From positions 16,717-80,716 of the forward strand of contig CAZGOC010000002.1 in the NCBI GenBank assembly GCA_964527685.1: DNA of 64,000 nucleotides, written 5' to 3'. Positions 21,434 through 34,178 of this stretch are shown piece after piece (positions within the stretch are counted from its first letter, which is position 1; each line of letters begins with the position of its first letter). The notes below the pieces were generated by a model. It saw nothing but the letters and a program-made list of their open reading frames with translations. It had not been told where the DNA came from and did not search any database. The stretch comes from an uncultured Candidatus Peribacteria bacterium. Lineage in GTDB: Bacteria; Patescibacteriota; Gracilibacteria; BD1-5; UBA6164. A program made the translations under genes and the position numbers.

Positions 21434-22762
21434 TACTTCTATATCATATCTTAAATTATCTATATCTCAAGCTCCTTGAAGTATAAATAAATATTTTCAA
21501 GGATTATTTATATCTAGTTTTTTTATAATTTCTAAAGTATTATCAAGTCCATTTCAAAAAATCTTATTTTTTAAATTTATATAATTTAAAAAACTCTCTC
21601 AATTTATTTTTTGCATATCTTCCAAAGTATCTCTTGATTTATATATATTTGGAACTATAAGTAAATCACAATTTAAAAATGAGTCCTTAAAATCATTTAA
21701 TAACTCTAAAGTCCTATTGTATTGATGAGGCTGAAAAATACATACTATTTCCCTATTTATATACTTATTTTTTAAAGCTTCTAGGTTTAATTTTATTTCT
21801 GTTGGATGATGTCCATAATCACTCATTAAAATATTTCAGTTCAATGTTTCTCAAATTATTTCAGATCTTCTCCATATACCATTATATTTTGTTAATGAAT
21901 TAATAATTTCATCATCACTTAATCAAATTATTTTTCAAGTTGTATAAGCGATTTTAGAATCAAAAAGTATATGTTTTCAAGGAATTTTTAAAGTAAAATC
22001 AGGTATATTATATTTTTTTATTAAATCATTGTCTATAATTTCATAATAATCATTATAAACAATCACATAATTTATATTTTTTCTTTTTCCCACCAATTTT
22101 AAACTATTATTATCATATCAATTAATTATTACATATCATCAAGTTTTAATATTATTTATAAAATCTTTAAATGCATCTATATAATCTTCTAAATCTTTAT
22201 AATAATCTAGGTGATCTAAATCAATATTTGTAATAATTCAAATATACGGAGTATATTTTAGAAAACTTCTTTTATATTCACAAGCCTCAATTGAAAAGTA
22301 TTCACTATCTGAGAAATAAGAGTTTTTCCCACCAAATTCTTTTAACAAACTTCAAACTATTGTATTGATTTTTAGTTTGCTATTTTGCATTAAAATAGAA
22401 ATCATAGAAGTTGTAGTTGATTTTCAATGACTTCAAGAAATAGCAATTAATTTTTTATCATTTGCAATTAAAGCAAGTGCTTCTGGATAAGTTAGAGTTT
22501 TTATATTTAGTTTTAATGCTTTTTGTAATTCTTTGTTATCCTTTGGAATAGCCTCAGTATAAATAACTAAATCTATATTATGGCTTACAAAATCACTCCT
22601 TTCTCAAATAAATATATCTATTTTTTCTGCTCTTAAGTTTTCTATTAACTCACTATTTGTTAAATCACTTCAATAAACTTCCCATCAAATATGGTTATAA
22701 TATCTTGCTATTCAAGAAACTCATATTCATCATATTCATATTATATATATTTTTTTATTCAT
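21422..22762 (-). CDS. murC: UDP-N-acetylmuramate--L-alanine ligase
   Basis: 446 aa: [45 protein letters not shown]. In frame with track ORF 21599-21826. Confidence 0.9.
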
Positions 22763-23295
22763 TATTTTAAAAAGTTAGTTTTTAATAAATTATTTACTTC
22801 TTTAAATATATCACTATTTAATTTTATCATTTCATCTTCATTAAATTTAGATAAAACCCAATCACTTAAATCCCATTTTGTATCATATCATATTCATATT
22901 TTTATTCTTTTAAAATCATCTCAAATCTTATTTACAATATCTTTTACTCAGTTTTGTCATCAAGCAGAGCCTTTTTCCCTATATCTTATTTTTCAAAAAT
23001 CCATAGATATATCATCAAAAATTACAATAATATCTTCTTTTTTTATTTTATAAAAACTCATAAGTTTTAAAACTGACTCTCCAGATAAATTCATAAAAGT
23101 TTGTGGTTTTACAAATAAATATTTTTCTCATAAGAGATCTTCCCCCAAAATTTCTGCATTGAATTTTTGTTCAAACTCAAAGTCTTTTTGTATATTTAAA
23201 TCACTTTTTAACCAATCTAAATATAAAAACCCTACATTATGTCTAGTAGTTTTATATTTATCTCAAGGATTTCATAGTCAAATTATTAATTTCAT
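22762..23295 (-). CDS. pth: Peptidyl-tRNA hydrolase
   Basis: 177 aa: [48 protein letters not shown]. Its stop overlaps the murC ATG (TAATG). Confidence 0.9.
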
Positions 23296-23296
23296 A

Positions 23297-24214
23297 TTAT
23301 TTTATTATATTATTATGTATTTCTTTTAATTTTGGATTTGTTATATGTGTATATATTTGTGTAGTTGATATACTTGAATGTCAAAGTAATTCTTGAATTG
23401 ATCTTAAATCAGCTCAAGCTCAAAGTAATGTTGTAGCAAAAGAATGTCTTAGAGTATGAGCCGATATATTTTTTGTTATTTTAGCTTCTATACCTCTTTT
23501 TCCCACCATACTTGAAAGCCAATTTCTTGTTAATCTCATATCTTCATCATTTAATATATCAATATTTTTTTTATCATAATTATGCCTAATAAAAAGTGGT
23601 TTAAAATTATCATCCCTTTTACTTAAGTATTTTTTTATTTGATTTATGGCATCTTCTCAAATAAAAACTATCCTCAACTTTCTTCATTTTCATCTAATTG
23701 TAAATTGTTTTTGAACAAAATCTATATCACTAATATTTAAAGATATAGTTTCTGAAACTCTAAGTCAAGTAGAATAAATTGTTTTTATTATTGCTAAATC
23801 TCTTAAATCTTTTATATATTTATCTCATATAGAATTAAATAAACTACTTAACTCTTTGTTTGTTAAAAACTCTACTTTTCTTTCTTCGCTTTTTATTAAA
23901 TCAATTTTAGTTGGGGAAAAACTTTGTATATCTTGTTTTTCTAGATATTTAAAAAAAGATCTCAAAGTTATCATATAAGCATTTGCTGTTTTTATTGATA
24001 TATTTTTTTTTGAGTTTTTATGTAAAAAAATTCTAAAATTATTTATTATTTTTATATCAAAATCTTTTAACTCTATATCTTTTAATCAAATATCAATTAA
24101 ATAATCTTCAAATTTTAAAAGATGTCTGTTATATTGCTCTATAGTTTTAGGAGATTTATTTTTCATAAACTGCAACCAATCTAAAAAATCAATTTTTGCT
24201 TTTAAAAAATTCAT
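23297..24214 (-). CDS. Tyrosine recombinase, XerC/XerD-like
   Basis: 305 aa: ..STGLRVSE.., [39 protein letters not shown] (the R..HxxR..Y catalytic set). It sits among housekeeping genes rather than mobile-element genes. Confidence 0.8.
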
Positions 24215-24278
24215 ATTTTAAAATTAAATAACTAGTATTATTATATAAAAAAATAAAAAAATGGAAATTTTTTCCATT

Positions 24279-25046
24279 TTAAATTATTATTTCAGGATAA
24301 AGTGGTTTTACAACTATAGTATGTTCAAATTGTGCTCCTATATTTCAGTCTGCCATATATAAAGGAAATCATCATTTATCAATTATTTTTCAAGTTGTAA
24401 GTCAAACTATAGGTTCAATAGCTAAAGTCATATTTTCTTTTAATATTTCTCACTTTCAAGCTTGTCAAAAATTTGGAATATATGGTTTTTCATGTAAATT
24501 ATATCATATTGAATGACCTGTTAAATCTTTAACTATATGGTAACCATGGCTTTCAACATGAGTTTGTATTGCATGTCATATATCTCAAACTCTATTTCAA
24601 ACAATTGCTTTTGCAATTCATTTATACAAAGCTTCTTCAACAACTTTTAAAAATTTTACTTTTTCTAAATCTTTATAATCTCAAATAATCATTGAAAAAG
24701 CTCGATCTGTATTTAATCAATGTCTTTTATCTTTAACTCAAAAATCAAATTTTACTACATCTCCATCTTGAAAAATCATATTTTTTGTAGGAATTCCATG
24801 TACTACACAATCATTTACACTTATACAAATATTTCAAGGAAAATTATAAATTCATTTAAATCAACATAAAACATTGTATTTATTACAGATATCTTCACAT
24901 AATTTATTTACATCCATTGTATTAGTTCAAGGTTTTACCATTTTTTTTATTTCTTCAAAAACCTCTTTATGAACTAAAGCAAGTTCTTTCATTACACTTA
25001 TTTCTTTAGCATTTTTAATTAAAACTTCTTTTTTTACTTTTGACAT
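24279..25046 (-). CDS. map: Type I methionine aminopeptidase
   Basis: 255 aa: ..CISVNDCVVHGIP.., DGDVVKFDFGV, ..GHSIGYNLHEKP.., LAIEP, FEHTIVV. A hairpin aaatggaaa-tttt-ttccattt follows at about 24257-24280. Confidence 0.9.
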
Positions 25047-25095
25047 GTTATTTTTTTAAAAAAATAATATAATTTCTTACTGGGGAAAAGTTTAT

Positions 25096-26379
25096 TTATT
25101 CACAAACTCATAATCCTTTTCATTGATCATTACAGACTTTTTGTGATGTTTTAATTGTAGAATCTAAATTTCAAATTGCTTGATTTAAATCATAGTGAAG
25201 TTCTATCATTCTTCATTCAAGTCATAAATTTGTATTGTCTTGCAAATTAGCAAAAGGCAATTCTTTGTTATATAAAGATGATATTTCTTCTTCAATTATT
25301 TTAGATGTATTTATATCTTCTTCTATTTTTGAAAAATTATCTATTGGAACTTCTTTTTTAGAAGATTTTTTAAAGTTCTCTAAAATACTTTCTTTAAAGC
25401 TATCTATTTGTGATTTTACTGAATTTTTCAAATAATCAAAACTATTTGTTATAAAATTATTATCTTTTGAATATCATCAATTTTGATTATATTTATCTAA
25501 ATTACTTAACATAGCATCTGATTGATGCATATTTGTTCATTGTCTTTTTAACTCTTTTTCAAGTAATTGTCTTTCATTTCTTTCTTCACTTCTTATATCC
25601 ATAGTTCAATCAAGAATAGCAATAGCATCTTGCCAAGATTTCATTCAATCTTTAGCTCGTTGTTGCCAATTTGAGATTAAATTTATTTGTTTTGTAATTC
25701 TATCAAAAGTATTTCACTCACAACTAGAACAATTTTTTGATGTGTATTCATTATAATAAGTTCAAAAATCCTTTTCAAACCCAATAGGAGTAAAAAGAAG
25801 TTTTTTATTAAAAATTTTTTTCTTTCAAGTTATTGACATACGATAATAATCCATAACTGCTTTATGATTTTCTATAATAACTCATAAAGATGATATTGCA
25901 TTAAGTCACTCATCAAAATAACAATTTTCAACTCAGTTACATAAATTTATTGTATTTATACTATCTTCACTAAATTTTCTTGCTGAAATTTTTTTAAATA
26001 ATTTATCAAGTGATTTTTCTTGTTGTTCTAGCAAATTATAATCTCTCCAAACTTCAGGCACATATTCTGTTGTTGTTCAATAAATTACATAAAAATCAAA
26101 TAAAGAATAGTATCAATTCCAATTAATTATATTATTAAATGCTTTTGAAATACTTGATTTGTTAGATGAATATGATTTACTTACTGAATTATCTACTTTC
26201 AATTTTGAAATTTCACTATTATAATTATTTGAAAGTCTGCTTAAATTATCTAAATATTTTGTTAAAATATCAGCTGGTCCATCATAAATCATACAACTAT
26301 TACTACAATCTCAAAAAGCTATATTAGAGCTTAATATAGAAATAATTATAAAAAAATGTATAATAATTTTTTTTATCAT
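25096..26379 (-). CDS. Secreted hypothetical protein (427 aa)
   Basis: Signal-peptide-like N-terminus MIKKIIIHFFIIISILSSNIAFG. Cys-containing N-terminal half and coiled-coil-like C-terminal half. In frame with track ORF 25222-25431. No family recognised. Confidence 0.6.
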
Positions 26380-26395
26380 ATTAGTATAGTTATTT

Positions 26396-27924
26396 TTATC
26401 ATCATTGAGGAATTTTATTCATTTCTGTTATAATTCATTTAGCTCAAAAAGTATATTCCATTAAAGCTCTTGCAAATACTTCAAGTTCCATATATTTTTT
26501 TTGAAATCAGTCAATATCATCTCAAATAACTTCTTTATCAATTACATTTTGTGAAATATATTCATTTTGTTTTTTTAATTCTTGAGTAAATGATTCTAGT
26601 TTTTCAAGCTTTTCTCAATAAGTAGTAATAGGTAATTCCCCACTATCTAAAGTAGTTTTATATTTTGATTCTGCTTTATTATACAAACTCATATCATTTG
26701 CTCTATTATAATCAAGTCATAAATTTGCATAATATTTTGTAAATAAATTTTTATATTCAAATTCATCACTATCTAGTTTTTTTTCTTTTTTATCCACATT
26801 TAATAATGGAACTGGTTTATAACTAATTTGAATTCAAATATGAAAAATATCTGGTAAATTTAAATCCTTTAATCATAATTCAAAATTATTTGTAGTCATT
26901 TTTGATTGAACTAAAGAATTAGATGATTTTTTTTTAAAATGTTCATTTGATCTTTTAAAAAGTCATTCAATAGATAAATTAGTTCATCCTCAAAGTAATT
27001 TATGATTATATACAACAAAATTAACTGTTATACAAAAAAAATTATTACAAGGCCATCAATTATCATTTACTTTTTTATAATTCGTTTTTAAATCTCATCA
27101 AGTTCAACTTCATCAATTATTTCAAGAGTTACTTCAAAAATTATTTGTTTTATTTGAAGATAAAATATCATTAAAACTATCTAAATTTAATCACGAATTA
27201 TTTTTATCATCTAAACAAACTTCTTCTCATAAATTAGATCAAGAATTAGAATTTACTCATCAAGAGTTAGAGTTATTTGAATTATTATAATACCTATTTG
27301 AATCAAATGTATCAAATGGGTTTAATCAAGATAAAATTCAATTAACAGAGGCTCATAAATTATAATTATTTACTCAATTATATGGAATTTTTTCTTCAAA
27401 AATAATTGAATTTATTTCATCTAAATCATTCATTAAATCAAATGGAGAATTTTCAAGTAATCAATCACTATACATTCAAATTCTTCAAATTTTATATGTA
27501 TTATCTACTTTTTTTTGAGTTTTTATAGAGTTTTGCAAAAAGCTTTCTTCTATTATAGTATAATATTTACTAAATTGTTCTAAAGAAATAGGATTTTCTT
27601 CATCAAAACAATCTTTTAAATATTCTTTTAATAAAGTATTTGTTTCACTATCATTATAAATATCTCTTACATCTTTTACCTTTATATCTCAAGAAAAACA
27701 CTCTTCTAAATCATTTTGTTTTGCTCTTTTATTTAAATCATCAACTATACTTCAATTTACATCTCATCATTTTAGTTCTTTATCTAAATATTTTAGCTCT
27801 AAATCATAATATCATTTATCTATTTTTTTATACAAATCTAAATCTGTAGGTTCACTCAAAAAATTACCAAAACTAATTTTTGGTAAAATTAAGGCACATA
27901 AAATAAATAAATATATTTTTTTCA
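26396..27924 (-). CDS. Secreted hypothetical protein; reading frame is offset from its ATG by one nt in an A7 tract
   Basis: The long open frame runs from 27931 down to TAA at 26396-26398. It begins ..EKNIFIYLCALILPKISFG (signal peptide) but has no start codon. The only ATG (27922-27924) is in another frame and hits a stop after 11 codons. One extra A in ATG-AAAAAAA would fuse them as MKKNIFIYLCAL... The body has an N/S/G-rich region and ..GGPCNNFFCITVNFVVYN... Confidence 0.55.
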
Positions 27925-27931
27925 TAACATA

Positions 27932-30479
27932 ATTATTTTATAATTATTTCATTTTTTGAAATTGCTAAACTTAGTGTATCATAAGTTTTTGATGAAATCA
28001 AGTTTTGTGCAATTTTATCTTCTATAGAGTCAACTACATATCTTTTAATTTCTCTTGCTCAATATTCTGGATTAAATGTAGACTTTGCTATAAAGTTAAT
28101 TACTTTTTTATCATAAACTAAATCTATATTTTTAACTTTTTTTAATCTATGTTTTAAATCATCTAAATTTAATTCAACTATTTTTGAAATAGATTTTTTA
28201 TCAAGAGGTTTAAAAACAACTACTTTATCTATTCTATTTAAAAACTCTGGAGAGAAATAATCTCCTAAATTTTCTTTAATTGACTTTTCTATTTTATCAA
28301 AATCTTTTGATAAATTATCTTTTTTTCCATCTTCTAAGTCAAATCATATCTTACTTGCTTCTTTGTTAAACTCTTCTTGTCATATATTTGAAGTCATTAT
28401 AATAATTGTATTTTTAAAGTTTATTTTTCTTCATTTATTATCAGTCAAACTTCACTCATCAAGTATTTGTAATAATAAGTTATAAACTTCAAAATCTCAT
28501 TTTTCAATCTCGTCAAAAAGTATTATACTATATGGTTTTTTTCTAACTTCTTTTGTTAAAAATCCTCACTCTTCATATCAAACATATCAAGCATTTGCTC
28601 AAATAAGTTTTGAAACTCATGTTTTATCAGAATATTCTGACATATCAATTTTTATTAAATTATCTTCATTTCAATAAAATTCTCTTGCTAAAACTTTTAC
28701 TGTTTCAGTTTTCCCCACTCAAGTTGGTCATAAAAATAAAAAGCTTCAAAGTGGTTTGTTTGGATTTCAAATTCAAACTTTACTTCTAATAATTGCTGAA
28801 GTTATAGCCTTTATCCCGTCTTCTTGTCAGATAATTTTTGACGAAATAACTTTTTCTAATTTCTTTAATCTTTCAATTTCTGTTTTTTCTAAATCTTGAG
28901 TTGGTATCTTTGTAGTCATTGATAGGATTTTTTGTATATCTTTTTTTGTAATATTGTATCTTTTATCTTTAGGAATTGAAAAACTTTTTTTATGATTAAT
29001 TAATTCTTCTTCAAGTTTTTTTACTTTTTCTTTTAATAAAGATGCCTTTTTATATTGTTGAGAAATAACAAATGATTCTATTTGTTTATTTTGTTCAACT
29101 ATTTTTTCTTTTAAAGCATTTATTTTTGTTTCATCTCATTTATATGTCATTGATTTTAAAGAACAAGCTTCATCTATTAAATCAATTGCTTTATCTGGTA
29201 AAAATCTATCTGTAATATAACGAATTGATAAATCAACTGCTTCTTTTACAGCTTCAGGTGTAATATTTAAATTATGATAATTTTCAAATGATTCTTTTAA
29301 TCAACTTATTATTTCTATAGCATCTTCATATTTTGGTTCTTCAACTACTATTTTTTGAAATCTTCTTTCTAAAGCAGAGTCTTTTTCTATATATTTTTCA
29401 TATTCATTTAAAGTAGTAGCTCAAATAACTCTTATTTTACCTCTTCACATTGCAGGTTTTAATATATTTGATGCATCTAGTGCTCATTCTGCTCATCAAG
29501 CTCAAATAATTGTATGAATTTCATCAATAAATAAAATAACATCATTTTCTACTTTTGAAGCTTCTTCAATAATTTGTTTAATTCTTGTCTCAAACTCTCA
29601 TCTATATTTTGTTCAAGCTACTAAAGAAGTCATATCAAGAGCTAAAATCTTTTTATCTTTCATTGAAAAAGGCACTTTTTGAGCAACAATTAATTGTGCA
29701 AGTCACTCAATAATTGCTGTTTTTCAAACTCATGGCTCTCAAACTAAAACAGGATTATTTTTTGTTTTTCTATTTAAAATAGACAAAAGTCTTTCTATTT
29801 CCATATCTCTTCAAATCACTTTATCAAGTTTTTTTTCTCTTGCTTCTTTTGTTAAATCAGTAGTAAAAAAATCAAGTATTGGGGTTTTACTATCTTCCTT
29901 TTTTTGTTGTTGATTATTATCAAATGGAGTTATATCTCAAGATTCCATTCATTCAAATAAATTATCCAAAGCTCAAATGATTTTATCTAATGATTCATCA
30001 AAATTATCACCTTGTTTAAATCATAATCAATCAATAACTCAAGCTTCATTCATTGCAAATAATTGTTTTTCAATATCTATTGGATTTATTCAAATATACA
30101 ATAAACTTTTAGAAAACCATCAATTATTTTTAATCAAAGCAAGTATAAAGTCTTCTAAAGAAGCTTTTGGTTTAGTAAAGTTTGAAGCTATTTTTACAGA
30201 GAGTAAAATAGTTTCTTTTAAAGAATTACTCATTCAAGAATAAACTCAGTTTCTTTTTTCTTTTTTTAAAAAGATTTCTTCTATATTTTCTAACTCTAAA
30301 AATAATTTTTCATTTAATCAAAAAATATCAAACAACTCTCTTAATGCTCAAGTTGAATTTTTTAATATTTCAAAAAATATATCTTTTTCATTTAAATCCT
30401 TTAATCAAAGTTCTTTAACTTTATTTTCAGTATTTATTAATACTCTTTTATATCAATCAGAAAAATTGTTATATATCAT
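27932..30479 (-). CDS. clpC: ClpC/ClpB-type AAA+ chaperone ATPase with an apparent +1 frame disruption near 28678
   Basis: N-terminal part (frame of ATG 30477-30479): [33 protein letters not shown]-like [37 protein letters not shown]. That frame stops at 28659-28661. The conserved continuation [47 protein letters not shown].. is one frame over and ends at TAA 27932-27934. Confidence 0.8.
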
Positions 30480-30562
30480 CAAAACTATTTAAAAATATAA
30501 ATATATTACTATTGTAAAAAAAAAACACTTAAAGTAAAGTATTTTTGATTACAAAAAAAAAT

Positions 30563-30590
30563 TTGACTATATAAAAAGTTATGCTAAACT
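30563..30590 (+). promoter_or_regulatory. Sigma-70-like promoter (TTGACT-N16-TAAACT)
   Basis: The hexamers lie 35 nt upstream of the pilin-like gene ATG. The same -10 hexamer and flanks (cTAAACTTTaa) recur at 35245-35250. Confidence 0.45.
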
Positions 30591-30624
30591 TTTAATTGCT
30601 AAATTTATTTTTTAATCAAAAAGT

Positions 30625-32862
30625 ATGAAAATAAATAATAAATGATTTTCTATTGTAGAAATAATTATAACATTTTCCATTTTAATCATTATATCAATAG
30701 TAGCTGTTACATATATGGAAGGCTCTAAAGATAAAGCCAATAATTCAAAAATAACTGCAGATATTGAAGTAATAAAAAATAGTTTAATATCATTTCAAAG
30801 TCAAAATAGCACACTACCTGAACCTAGTTGAAATTTAAAGTTTTTCAATTTAGATTGAAATTATTCTCATAATCTAGAAGATAGTGATACTTTTTGAGTT
30901 TCTTGATATATATGAGAATGAGTTTTTCAAAAAAAATTTTTAGATAAAATTCCACTAGACCCAAGAACAAATCAATTTTATGCTTATTGAAAAACAAAAG
31001 ATTATAATTGATTTCAAATTGCTTGAGTTATATCAAATAACTATGAACCAAGAGTTAAATTAACTTCAAACTGGAATTGATTAATTCAAGATAATAAAAA
31101 CTATTCTCCTTATTTAGTTAGAGAATATAACTGACCTACATTTGTTACAGACAATTCTATAAAAAACTATCCATATAATCCACAAGAAAAACTACTTACT
31201 GCTAAAATAGATAGTTTTTCTTGAGATATTTTAATAAATTGAAAAAGTGAAAGCGATGTATTAAACTATACTTTTAAAGAGTGAGATAATTTAAAAGTAT
31301 CTCAAAATTGATTTGCAAATTTATATTATTCAGACTGAAGTTATTCTATGATTTGAGATAGTTCTACTAATTCAGAAATCAATTTTAAAAATATGAGATT
31401 TATAGAAGATAACTCTTTGCTTACTTCTGTAAAAATTATGTTAAATGCTTGAAGTATCTGGACTAAAGCTGTAAAACTTGATGACAAATCAGAGTTTGAA
31501 GTTTATACTCCAAATGCAGTTGCCGCAGTTAGATGAACTATTTTTTGAGCAAGTTATAATAATAATTCTACAAATGTAGTAGTTAAAGAATGAGTTGTTG
31601 AAGTTAAAAAAATAGAACAAAGTTGAAGTAATACTGAATTAATTCCTATAAATATAAATTGAAACTGAACAAATAATTGAATACAAGACTGAATAATTGA
31701 AGTTAAAAAATGAGAAAATGAAAAATGAGTTTCTATAGATAATGAAAATAGATTTAATACTTGAAGTATACTAAAAATCCCAAATATAATAAAAAATAAT
31801 GTATTAAATAATATACAAAAAACTGAAATAAATTTAAATATAAATAATGATCTAAAAAATGATGAAAAAATGGGTGACATAAGTTATGTTTGAACTTGAA
31901 GTCAGGATTTATTAAAACTATATAAAGAAGTATTAAATAGAACTCCAAATAAAAAAGAGTTTAATTATTGGATGTGAACTGGTTGATTTATTTTAAAAAC
32001 TGCAAAAAAAGCTTTTTTAGTTGAATGATATTTTAACTATCTAAATAACAAAGAAAAATACTTTAATCCAACATACATATGTCAAGCACAAAATAGTTTT
32101 CAAGTTAAAAATGAATGTGTAGAAAATACTTTATTTAAAATAAATAAAAACTGGAAAGTCACTCAATTTTTACCACTCGATGAAGATTTAATATATTATG
32201 ATTCAAATTGGAATAGTTTGAGTCAAACTTGAAGTTGATATATAGACAATAATTATGAATCTATTAATCTTAATGCTAGTAATTTAAACTTAAAAAAACT
32301 TAAAACTAATTTAGATATATATAAATTAACAAACAAAAACTGAGAAGTAACTAAATGATTGTATATAGACAATCACCATGACTCAAAATTATGAAATGAT
32401 TATTTAAAATATACTATTGGTGATTGATGAATTATAAATAATTATGCTATAGAAATAAGTGTTAGATGATGAGCTATAAAAAGAAATTCTAATTATTATT
32501 TATATCATTTATGAGAAAATAAATTAAAATTATGAGAAAGTCGAAGTAAATATTATTTATCTTTTTGAAAAGGTGTTTATAGTAATATATATATGGGTGA
32601 GGATATAAATAATAAATTAGTAGATGATAGATTTTATAAAGTTATTTCAACTTGTGTAGATAATAAAGCAAATATTTATATATATGACAAAGATATACTA
32701 CTTGTTTCTTGAAATTGAGTATGATATTGTAATTCAATAAATAATACTGATTTCTTTATTTGATCTAATAATAAACAATTATATCAATGGGATGATATAA
32801 TTGATTATGTAAAAGTATATGTGTTAGATACACATAGTAATCCAGGTGAAGGGATTAATTAA
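30625..32862 (+). CDS. Large type IV pilin-like protein with FecR-like and LamG/ConA-like regions (745 aa)
   Basis: MKINNKG/FSIVEIIITFSILIIISIVAV is a prepilin signal. A central AVAAVRGTIFG resembles the FecR-domain VRGT.F signature. The C-terminus ..AIEISVRGG..YYLYHLGENKLKL..FYKVISTCVDNKANIYIYDKD..IGSNNKQLYQWDDIIDYVKVY looks like a LamG jelly-roll. Frame verified at four landmarks. Confidence 0.75.
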
Positions 32863-32867
32863 CAAGA

Positions 32868-32905
32868 AAAAATAAACTCTAAGCTAAAGCTTAGAGTTTA
32901 TTTTT
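32868..32905. terminator. Bidirectional terminator (17-bp perfect stem)
   Basis: aaaaataaactctaagc-taaa-gcttagagtttattttt. The stop of the convergent 149-aa gene lies in the loop/stem. Confidence 0.8.
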
Positions 32906-33333
32906 GTTATTAAATTTTTTCTTACTTCATGATTATCTTCTAAATTATGATTAAATTCAAGAAAATATACTTTTTCTAAATCATCTAAAAACTCACTTTT
33001 TATATTATTTTTTATTTCTGTCATTGTCATAAAAAATATATTTTCATTAAAGTTTTTTTTATTTATCACAAATCTTAAAAATATTGATAATTCTCTATAA
33101 AATATATCTCTTGAAAAAATATCTATATTTGAAATAATATATTCAAATCTATCTCTTATTTGTTTATTAATTATATCTTTAGTGTCTATTATTATTTTTT
33201 TATCTTCTTTAAAAAATACTTTTAGTATTGTATAAAAAATAATAAAAAATAATAAACTAAAAATTATAACTATATAATCTATTGAGTAAATAAACTGCCA
33301 AAAATGCAATTTTATATCATATATATCATTCAT
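32884..33333 (-). CDS. Small single-pass membrane protein of the MoxR/DUF58 operon (DUF4381-like position)
   Basis: Track ORF, 149 aa, no TGA. One TM helix (YIVIIFSLLFFIIFYTILKVFF). Its ATG overlaps the DUF58 stop (TAATG). Bat-type operons carry such a small TM protein after DUF58. Confidence 0.5.
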   Translation of the reverse strand: MNDIYDIKLHFWQFIYSIDYIVIIFSLLFFIIFYTILKVFFKEDKKIIIDTKDIINKQIRDRFEYIISNIDIFSRDIFYRELSIFLRFVINKKNFNENIFFMTMTEIKNNIKSEFLDDLEKVYFLEFNHNLEDNHEVRKNLITKINSKL

Positions 33334-34178
33334 TATCTTGTTTTAAAAAAATATAAAAGTTTTGATAATATATTCATACTATTATCTATTAATAAATAAC
33401 TTAAATTAAAGCTTTTTAGTTTATGAGAAAAAAATTTTAACTTTTTTTCTCTTAATTTTTTATATTCCAAAACTTTTTGTTTATCATTTAGATTTATAAA
33501 AAATGTTTTAATTTTATCTTTTAACCTAACTATTCCGTAATTATCCTCTAAATTATTTTCAAAATAATCAAATATATTTATATAAACTACATCATTTTTA
33601 ATTCAAAGTATTTTTAAATTTTTGTCTAAAAAACTATCTATTTTATCAGTAAGTAAAAAAACTAAAGAATTTCTTATTGGTAAATTATTAAAATATTTCA
33701 ATGGTGTATTTATATCAAAATTATCAACTTTTTTAAAATCATTTTTTTTTATTTTAGATACAATATTTAAAATATGTTTAATTCACTTTTTTGCTTTAAT
33801 AAATTCAAAAGAATTATCATTAAATAACAATCATCAGATCATATCATTTGATTTAATTCAAGCTAAAGATAAAGTATAAAAAGTTTCAATTAAAGTATCT
33901 ATTTTTTTTATATCTTTATATCAAAATTGCATTGAGGCTCAAGTATCTATTAAAAAATACACACTCAATTCCCTTTGTTCTTCAAATCTTTTAATAAGTA
34001 ATTTTTGTTCTTTAAAAGAAGCCAGAAAATCAATAAATTTAGCATCATCATTTTCATCATAAACCCTATAATCTGCAAATTCTATTCCTCTTCATTTAAA
34101 TGCAGTTTTATAATTTCAAACAAATAAACTATTAACAAGTCTATTTATTTTAAAATGTAATTTTTTTATATCTACCAT
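33333..34178 (-). CDS. DUF58 domain protein (MoxR-associated, VWA-like)
   Basis: 281 aa: ..SLFVGNYKTAFKGRGIEFADYRVYDENDDAKFIDFLASFKEQKLLIKRFEEQRE.. matches the DUF58 core (G.y.s..kG.G.eF...R.Y..GDd.r.IdW). Confidence 0.75.

Noticed and set aside
22691-23053. Track ORF 22691-23053 (+), 120 aa.
   Set aside because: It is antisense to pth/murC, whose conserved motifs are unambiguous on the minus strand.
29977-30243. Track ORF 29977-30243 (+), 88 aa.
   Set aside because: It is antisense to the clpC N-terminal region.
31554-31948. Track ORFs 31554-31880 (-) and 31754-31948 (-).
   Set aside because: They are antisense to the verified pilin-like gene 30625-32862. They are hydrophobic artefacts of A-rich sense codons.
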